This document shows, piece by piece, positions 42,616 to 49,803 of a stretch of 49,803 nt of DNA. The notes under the pieces are model-generated. The model was not told where the DNA came from. It searched no databases and saw only the letters and a list, made by a program, of their open reading frames with translations. The stretch comes from an uncultured Deinococcaceae bacterium (GTDB taxonomy: Bacteria; Deinococcota; Deinococci; Deinococcales; Deinococcaceae), in contig CAXULY010000041.1 in assembly GCA_964252075.1 (NCBI GenBank), positions 1-49,803 on the forward strand, in the 5' to 3' direction. The translations under genes and the position numbers were made by a program. Every line of letters starts with the position of its first letter. The stretch's first letter is position 1.

Positions 42616-43561
42616 GGGTGCTGCGGGGGTCGAGCACGTCGCGCAGACCGTCGCCGAGCAGGTTGAAGCCCAGCACGGTCAGCAGGATCGCGAGGCCCGG
42701 GAAGATCATGGTCCACGCGGCCGTCTGGTAGTAGTCCTTGCTGTCCGCCAGCATGGTGCCCCACTCCGGGGTGGGCGGCTGCGCGCCCAACCCGATGAAG
42801 CCCAGCGCGGCGGCCTCGATGGTGGCCGTCGCGACGCTCAGGCTGCCCTGCACGATCAGCGGCGTGAGGCTGTTGGGCAGCACGTGCCGGAACATCGTGC
42901 GGCCCTGGCCGGCGCCGAGTGCGGCGGAGGCCTGCACGAACTCCCGCTCGCGCACGCTCAGCACCACGCTGCGCGCGAGGCGCAGGTACACCGGGACCTG
43001 CACGATCGAGACGGCGATCATGGCGGTGGTGAGGCCGGGGCGGTTGCTGATCGCCACGATGCCGATGGCGAGCAGGATGCTGGGGAAGGCCAGCATCACG
43101 TCCGTCAGGTACCCCAGGAAGGTGTCGAGGAAACCGCCGAAGTACCCCGCCATGAGGCCCAGCAGGCTGCCCACCACGGTGGCGAGCAGCGTCGCGAGGA
43201 TGCCGATCTGCAGGCTCACACGCGCGCCGTGCCACACGCGCGTCGCGATGTCCCGCCCGAGGTTGTCCGTGCCGAAGGGGTGACGCCAGGCGTCCACCTT
43301 GCCCGTCACGGCGTCGGTGTAACGCTCCGCGACGGTCTTGTCCCACAGGGCCGCGACGGAGGGCGGCGCGAGGCGCAGGCGGTAGTCGATGTCGCGGCTG
43401 GGGTCGTAGGGCTTCAGCAGCGGCGCGAGCAGCGCCAGCACGATGAAGAGCAGCACCAGCGCCGCCCCCACCTTGCCGGGCGTGGAGCGCTGGAAGCGCC
43501 GCCAGAAGACGCTCCGCTGGCGCTTGCGCGCGGCGGTGGGCGCGGTTGTCGTGGTTGTCAT
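42611..43561 (-). CDS. dppC: Peptide ABC transporter permease (DppC/OppC-like)
   Basis: HPFGTDNLGRD, REFVQAS.ALGA, HVLPNS, PEWG. Confidence 0.88.
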   Translation of the reverse strand: MTTTTTAPTAARKRQRSVFWRRFQRSTPGKVGAALVLLFIVLALLAPLLKPYDPSRDIDYRLRLAPPSVAALWDKTVAERYTDAVTGKVDAWRHPFGTDNLGRDIATRVWHGARVSLQIGILATLLATVVGSLLGLMAGYFGGFLDTFLGYLTDVMLAFPSILLAIGIVAISNRPGLTTAMIAVSIVQVPVYLRLARSVVLSVREREFVQASAALGAGQGRTMFRHVLPNSLTPLIVQGSLSVATATIEAAALGFIGLGAQPPTPEWGTMLADSKDYYQTAAWTMIFPGLAILLTVLGFNLLGDGLRDVLDPRSTQ

Positions 43562-43568
43562 GGTCACC

Positions 43569-44609
43569 TCACCTGTACTGAATGCGGGGGTCGAGGACGG
43601 CGTAGCTGAGGTCCACCAGCAGGTTCACGACGCTCACGACGAGCGCCGCGAAGATCACGCCGCCCTGAATGATGGGGTAGTCGCGGTTCGTGATGCCGTC
43701 GTACACCCAAGAGCCCAGGCCCGGCCACGAGAAGATGGTCTCGGTGAGGACCGCGCCGCCCAGCAGCGCGCCCACCTGCAGGCCCACCACCGTCACGACG
43801 GGCAGCAGGGCGTTTCTGAGGGCGTGGCGCAGCACCACGCGGGAGCGCATGACGCCCTTGGCGGTCGCGGTGCGCACGTAGTCCTGGCCGAGCACCTCCA
43901 GCAGGCTGCTGCGCGTGATGCGCGCGACGATCGCCATGGGGATGGTGCCGAGCGCGACGGCGGGCAGGATCAGGTGCGAGAGCGCGTTCAGGCTCACGGC
44001 GGGCTGACCGCGCAGCAGGCCGTCCAGCACGTACAGGCCCGTCACGGGCCTGAAGTTGTCCACACTGGTGTCGAGGCGCGCGCTGGGCGGCAGCCAGCCG
44101 AGTTTCACCGCGAAGAAGTAACTCAGCACGAGGCCCAGCCAGAACACCGGCATGGAGATGCCGATGAGGCTCAGCACGGTGGCGGCGTTGTCCCAGAAGC
44201 TGTTGCGCCTCAGCGCCGCGAGGATGCCGAGCGGCAGCCCCACGATCAGCGCGAAGAACAGGGCCGCGAGGGACAGCTCGACGGTCGCGGGGAAGCGGCT
44301 GGAGAGTTCGTCCCGCACGGGAATCTGACTCTTGATGCCGCTCCCGAGGTCACCGCGCATCATCTGCGCGATGTACTTCGGGTACTGCGCGTCCAGCAGG
44401 TGCCCGGGGTCGCGGTAATTGATGAACCACGGCTTGTTGAGGCCGAGCTGCTGGCGCAGCGCGGCGGCGGTGGCGGGCGTGGCGCGCTCACCGAGCATCA
44501 CGGTGGCCGGGTCGCCGGGGATGGAGCGCACGAACACGAACACCACCAGCGAAATCCCGATGAGGACCAGCAGGGTGCGCAGCACGCGGCGCAGAACGTA
44601 AGAAGCCAA
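43569..44609 (-). CDS. dppB: Peptide ABC transporter permease (DppB/OppB-like)
   Basis: PGDPA, GDLG, FPATVEL, DYVRTATAKG, RDYP, LDPRI. Confidence 0.9.
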   Translation of the reverse strand: MASYVLRRVLRTLLVLIGISLVVFVFVRSIPGDPATVMLGERATPATAAALRQQLGLNKPWFINYRDPGHLLDAQYPKYIAQMMRGDLGSGIKSQIPVRDELSSRFPATVELSLAALFFALIVGLPLGILAALRRNSFWDNAATVLSLIGISMPVFWLGLVLSYFFAVKLGWLPPSARLDTSVDNFRPVTGLYVLDGLLRGQPAVSLNALSHLILPAVALGTIPMAIVARITRSSLLEVLGQDYVRTATAKGVMRSRVVLRHALRNALLPVVTVVGLQVGALLGGAVLTETIFSWPGLGSWVYDGITNRDYPIIQGGVIFAALVVSVVNLLVDLSYAVLDPRIQYR

Positions 44610-44647
44610 AGCGCCCTCCTTTCAGGGCCGAGCGTGAGGGGGCGGTG

Positions 44648-44690
44648 AAACAAAAGCGGGGGCGGGGCCCTTCGTCGGCCCCCGCCCCGC
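44648..44690 (-). terminator. Stem-loop/terminator between dppA and dppB
   Basis: GC-rich stem followed by TTTTGTTT on the minus strand. Confidence 0.6.
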
Positions 44691-44700
44691 GCCTCCCGCC

Positions 44701-46287
<1,587 letters not shown>

Positions 46288-46436
46288 GGGGTTCCTCCTG
46301 GGGACACGCGCGGGCGCACGTCCGATGGGGCTACGGTCAGTCCGGCGCAGCCCAGCCTCGAAACCGGTGACGCAGGTCCCTGCGGGTTTCGAGGCGGGCT
46401 GTGATGTCGAGCCGAAAAAGGTCCAAGCTTCCTCAA

Positions 46437-46465
46437 AGGGTATGGTGCCCTCCAAACGCTGTCAA
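46437..46465 (-). promoter_or_regulatory. sigma70-type promoter of the dpp operon
   Basis: TTGACA-17-TACCCT on the minus strand. Confidence 0.65.
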
Positions 46466-46520
46466 GGGTTCTAAAGGTGATTCTCATGTACTGGACACGC
46501 ATCACGTTGTCAGGGCACGC

Positions 46521-46554
46521 AAATGGGCGGGCGGGGCCGTCGCCCCGCCCGCCC
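46521..46554 (-). terminator. Terminator after livF
   Basis: 13-bp GC stem GGGCGGGCGGGGC/GCCCCGCCCGCCC followed by ATTT. Confidence 0.65.
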
Positions 46555-46568
46555 TGGCCTGTTGCGCC

Positions 46569-47279
46569 TCAGTCCTCGCCGAGGTAGGCCTTGCGCACGC
46601 TCTCGTCGCGCGCCACGTCGGCGGCGTCCCCGGAGAGCTTGATCTCGCCGGTCTGCAGCACGTACGCGCGCCGCGCGATGCCGAGCGCCATCAGGGCGTT
46701 CTGCTCCACCAGTAAGATGGTGGTGCCGCGCTCGCGGTTGAGGCGCCCCACGATGTCGAAGATGATCTCCACGAACTTCGGGGAGAGCCCCATGCTGGGC
46801 TCGTCGAGGAGCAGCAGCTTGGGGTCCACCATCAGCGCGCGCGCGATGGCGAGCATCTGCTGTTCACCGCCGGACAGGGTGCCGCCCAGCTGCTTCTGGC
46901 GCTCCGCGAGGCGCGGGAAGAGCGTGAAGCCCTCCTCGATGCGCGAGGCGATGGTCTTGCGGTCGTTGATGGTGTACGCGCCGACCTCTAGGTTCTCCCG
47001 CACCGTGAGCTGCCCGAAGATGCGCCGTCCCTCCGGCACGTGACTCATGCCCATCTGCATGATGCGGTTCGCGGAGTACCCGCCGATGTTCTGCCCCTGG
47101 AAGGTCACGCTGCCCACCTTGGGGCGCAGCATGCCGCTCACGGTGCGCAGGGTGGTGGTCTTTCCCGCCCCGTTGCCGCCGATGAGCGCCACGATCTCGC
47201 CCTGGTCCACGTGAAAATCCACGCCCTTGAGGGCCTGGATGTGCCCGTAGAAACTGTGTACGCCCTTCAGTTCAAGCAC
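46569..47279 (-). CDS. livF: Branched-chain amino acid ABC ATPase
   Basis: GGNGAGKTT, VPEGRRIF, LSGGEQQMLA, DEPSMGL. Confidence 0.93.
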   Translation of the reverse strand: MLELKGVHSFYGHIQALKGVDFHVDQGEIVALIGGNGAGKTTTLRTVSGMLRPKVGSVTFQGQNIGGYSANRIMQMGMSHVPEGRRIFGQLTVRENLEVGAYTINDRKTIASRIEEGFTLFPRLAERQKQLGGTLSGGEQQMLAIARALMVDPKLLLLDEPSMGLSPKFVEIIFDIVGRLNRERGTTILLVEQNALMALGIARRAYVLQTGEIKLSGDAADVARDESVRKAYLGED

Positions 47280-48096
47280 TGTCGCCTCCCAGCGGCGCGC
47301 CCTGCGGTTCCTTGCCGTACTCGCCCGCCACGGCGCCGGAGCCCAGGTAGGCTTCCATCACGCGCGGGTTGGTGCGAATCTCGCGCGGCAGGCCCTCGGC
47401 GATCTTGGTGCCGTAATCCAGCACCGTGATGTGTTCGCTGAGCGTCATGACGAGCCGCATGTCGTGCTCGATCAGCACGACCGTGACGCCCAGGTCGTCG
47501 CGCACGCGGCGGATGAGGGCCTTGAGGTCCTCGGTCTCGCGCGGGTTCATGCCCGCCGCGGGCTCGTCCAGCAGGATCACCTTGGGGTTCGTGGCGAGCG
47601 CGCGCGCGATTTCCAGTCGGCGTTGGTTGCCGTACGGCAGGCTGGTGGAGAGTTCCTTCGCGAAGCGCCCCAGGCCCACGAAGTCCAGCAGGATGCCGGC
47701 CGCCTCGCGCGCGTCCGCCTCGTCCTGCCGGAAGCGCCGGGTGCGCAGCAGGGCGTCCGTGTACGTCGCCTTGAGGCGCGGGTGGCGCCCCACCAGGATG
47801 TTCTCCTCAGCGGTCATGGAGGGGAACAGGCGGATGTTCTGGAAGGTGCGCGCGATGCCCGCCGCCGTCACCTGATCCGGCCGCAGGCCCACCACGTCGC
47901 GTCCGTCCAGGATGATGCTGCCCTTGTCCGGCTCGTAAATGCCGGTGATCATGTTGAAGAAGGTGGTCTTGCCCGCGCCGTTCGGGCCGATCACGCTCAC
48001 GATGCTCTGCGCGGGCACCTCGAAGTCCACGGCGTTCACGGCGAGCAGGCCGCCGAAGGTCTTGGTGAGGCCCCGCACGCTCAGGATGCTGCTCAC
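47272..48096 (-). CDS. livG: Branched-chain amino acid ABC ATPase
   Basis: GPNGAGKTT, ARTFQNIRLF, LPYG.QRRLEIARALA, EHDM. Confidence 0.93.
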   Translation of the reverse strand: MSSILSVRGLTKTFGGLLAVNAVDFEVPAQSIVSVIGPNGAGKTTFFNMITGIYEPDKGSIILDGRDVVGLRPDQVTAAGIARTFQNIRLFPSMTAEENILVGRHPRLKATYTDALLRTRRFRQDEADAREAAGILLDFVGLGRFAKELSTSLPYGNQRRLEIARALATNPKVILLDEPAAGMNPRETEDLKALIRRVRDDLGVTVVLIEHDMRLVMTLSEHITVLDYGTKIAEGLPREIRTNPRVMEAYLGSGAVAGEYGKEPQGAPLGGDSA

Positions 48097-49760
48097 CGCT
48101 CACCTCCGGCGCGCTCGTTGTCCGCGCGCGTCGCCTCGCCAGGCGAGAACACCTCGGCGGGCGGGTTGTTCGTGATGGCGTTCAAGGAGTCCTGCGAGGG
48201 ATCCGTTTCGTCGTCGTGCTCGTGCATGAGGATCTGCTGGCGCGCAGACGGCAGCAGGCCCTCGGGCCTGAAGAGCATCATGAGCACCAGGATCAGGCCG
48301 AACAGCAGGCGGTTGTACTTTGCGGGGTCCAGGTTGCTGTTCAGGCCGGGGAAGGACGCCTGCACGGTCTCGCTGAGGCCCGGCAGGATGGAGAGGTTCA
48401 GCAGCGTAACGGCGGCGGCGCCCACGATGACGCCCGCGATGTTCCCCATGCCGCCCAGGATCACCATGGTGAGCACGCCGATGGACTGGAAGAAGTTGAA
48501 GCTCTCCGGTGAGATGAACTGCTGCTTCGCCGCGAAGATCACGCCCACCGCGCCCGCGAAGCTCGCGCCCGTCGCGAAGGCCAGAATCTTGGTGCGCACC
48601 AGCGGCACGCCCATCGCCTGCGCGGCCACCTCGTCCTCGCGGATGGCGACCCAGGCCCGCCCGATGTTGCTGCGGCTGAGGCGCACGTTCACGGTGATGA
48701 CCACCGCGATCACGACCAGCACCAGGAAGTACAGGAAGAACAGCTTGTACTGCTCGGGCGGGAAGCCGAGCGCGCCCGCCAGGCGGTCCAGCGGCGGGAC
48801 GGGCGCGGTGGTGATGCTGGTGATGCCCTGCGGGCCGTTCGTGTACTTGGTGAGGTTGTTCGCGAACACGCGGATCACCTCACCGAGCCCGAGCGTCACG
48901 ATGGCGAGGTAATCGCCCTTGAGTTTCAGGACGGGCAGGCCGATCAGCACGCCCACGATGGCGGCCGCCGCGACCGCTAGGATGATGAACAGCCAGAAGA
49001 AGTTCGCGTTCACGCCGCCTGAGAGCGCCGCGAGGGACTGCGGGTGGCCACCGTAGTAGGACGTGATGGCGGCGTTGATGAGGGTCGCGATGAACACCAG
49101 CGCGGACACCACGCCCACCACGATCAGGAAGATCGCGAAGCCGCGCGCGAGGCGCTGCCCGCCCTGCGGTTTCAGGGCGCCGGGGTGCGCCCGGTCAATG
49201 GCGCGCATCCACAGGTACCCCACGACGCCGAGCAGCGCGAGCAGCAGCGGCGCCAGCCAGTCCACCACACCGAGCGGTTTGGAGGGCAGTTCGGACTGCA
49301 CGATCTGCTGGAACTGCCCGCTGCCGAAGATGCCCCACAGGTACGCGCCCACCGCGAAGAACGCCACGTACCCGAGGTCCAGCAGGCCCGCGAGGCCCAC
49401 CACGATGTTCAGGCCGAGCGCGAGCGCCGCGAAGATGCCGATCTGGATGGCGAGGTCAAAGAAGCTACCGTTGCCGCGTCCGATGTCGGGCAGCACAAAC
49501 ACCAGCGCGAAGACCGCTACGACGAGCTTCACGACGCCGTTCGCGCGCCACTGGTACGCGAGGAGCAGGCTGCCCAGGAAGGCCGCGAAGACGAAGGACT
49601 GCAGCACCGCCGGGAAGGTCACGCCCGGCGCGAGCTTGCCCGCCCCGAGGAACAGCAGGGCAGCTGTGACGACGGTGTAGATGATGAGCCACAAGGTGCG
49701 GTCCGGCTGCCTGAAGCGACCGCTGGGGCCGCGCGGGTTCGGTTTGGTGGAAGCGGTCAT
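48093..49760 (-). CDS. livM: Branched-chain amino acid ABC permease (long form)
   Basis: GLNIVVGLAGLLDLGYVAF, LKGDYLAIVTLGLGE, IREDEVAA.AMG, RPEGLL. Confidence 0.92.
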   Translation of the reverse strand: MTASTKPNPRGPSGRFRQPDRTLWLIIYTVVTAALLFLGAGKLAPGVTFPAVLQSFVFAAFLGSLLLAYQWRANGVVKLVVAVFALVFVLPDIGRGNGSFFDLAIQIGIFAALALGLNIVVGLAGLLDLGYVAFFAVGAYLWGIFGSGQFQQIVQSELPSKPLGVVDWLAPLLLALLGVVGYLWMRAIDRAHPGALKPQGGQRLARGFAIFLIVVGVVSALVFIATLINAAITSYYGGHPQSLAALSGGVNANFFWLFIILAVAAAAIVGVLIGLPVLKLKGDYLAIVTLGLGEVIRVFANNLTKYTNGPQGITSITTAPVPPLDRLAGALGFPPEQYKLFFLYFLVLVVIAVVITVNVRLSRSNIGRAWVAIREDEVAAQAMGVPLVRTKILAFATGASFAGAVGVIFAAKQQFISPESFNFFQSIGVLTMVILGGMGNIAGVIVGAAAVTLLNLSILPGLSETVQASFPGLNSNLDPAKYNRLLFGLILVLMMLFRPEGLLPSARQQILMHEHDDETDPSQDSLNAITNNPPAEVFSPGEATRADNERAGGER

Positions 49761-49803
49761 ACCTTCTCCGTGGTGCTGCGGCCCAGCAGGCCGCTCGGCT
49801 TGA
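49757..49803 (-). CDS. livH: 3' end of upstream permease (partial, probably LivH)
   Basis: KPSGLLGRSTTEKV* with ATGA overlap into livM. Confidence 0.7.
   Translation of the reverse strand, partial: KPSGLLGRSTTEKV

Overview
High-GC (about 70% by eye) chromosomal segment, most likely from a Deinococcus-type bacterium. This is inferred from the gene content and from many leaderless TAnnnT-N6-start genes. It is mostly housekeeping and transport: secreted S8 protease, aceE-aceF with a divergent LysR, MarR/SnoaL pair, LacI-controlled sugar ABC + glycoside hydrolase operon, M20 amidohydrolase, TPP riboswitch-thiBPQ and thiN, ribokinase, TetR, hisC, tRNA-Asn(GTT), accD-accA, PadR-permease-prefix-signal peptidase I, rdgB, dppABC-like and livHMGF-like ABC genes. 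No mobile element or CRISPR array was seen. The best candidate for an undescribed system is the minus-strand cluster at 10732-15273: ECF sigma, membrane anti-sigma, RseB/MucB-like protein, DUF1800, Tat-exported DUF1501 and a small CxxCH heme-c/Ca-motif protein. The same sigmaE-like promoter motif (GGGAACTTTT-N15-TCYMA) lies in front of both the sigma gene and the DUF1800 module. Other notable signals: a structured aceE leader with an alternative anti-SD pairing, a frameshifted HAD-like pseudogene, a probable CTG start codon, and a 12-codon coupling uORF. All family assignments come from motif recognition by eye, not from database searches.
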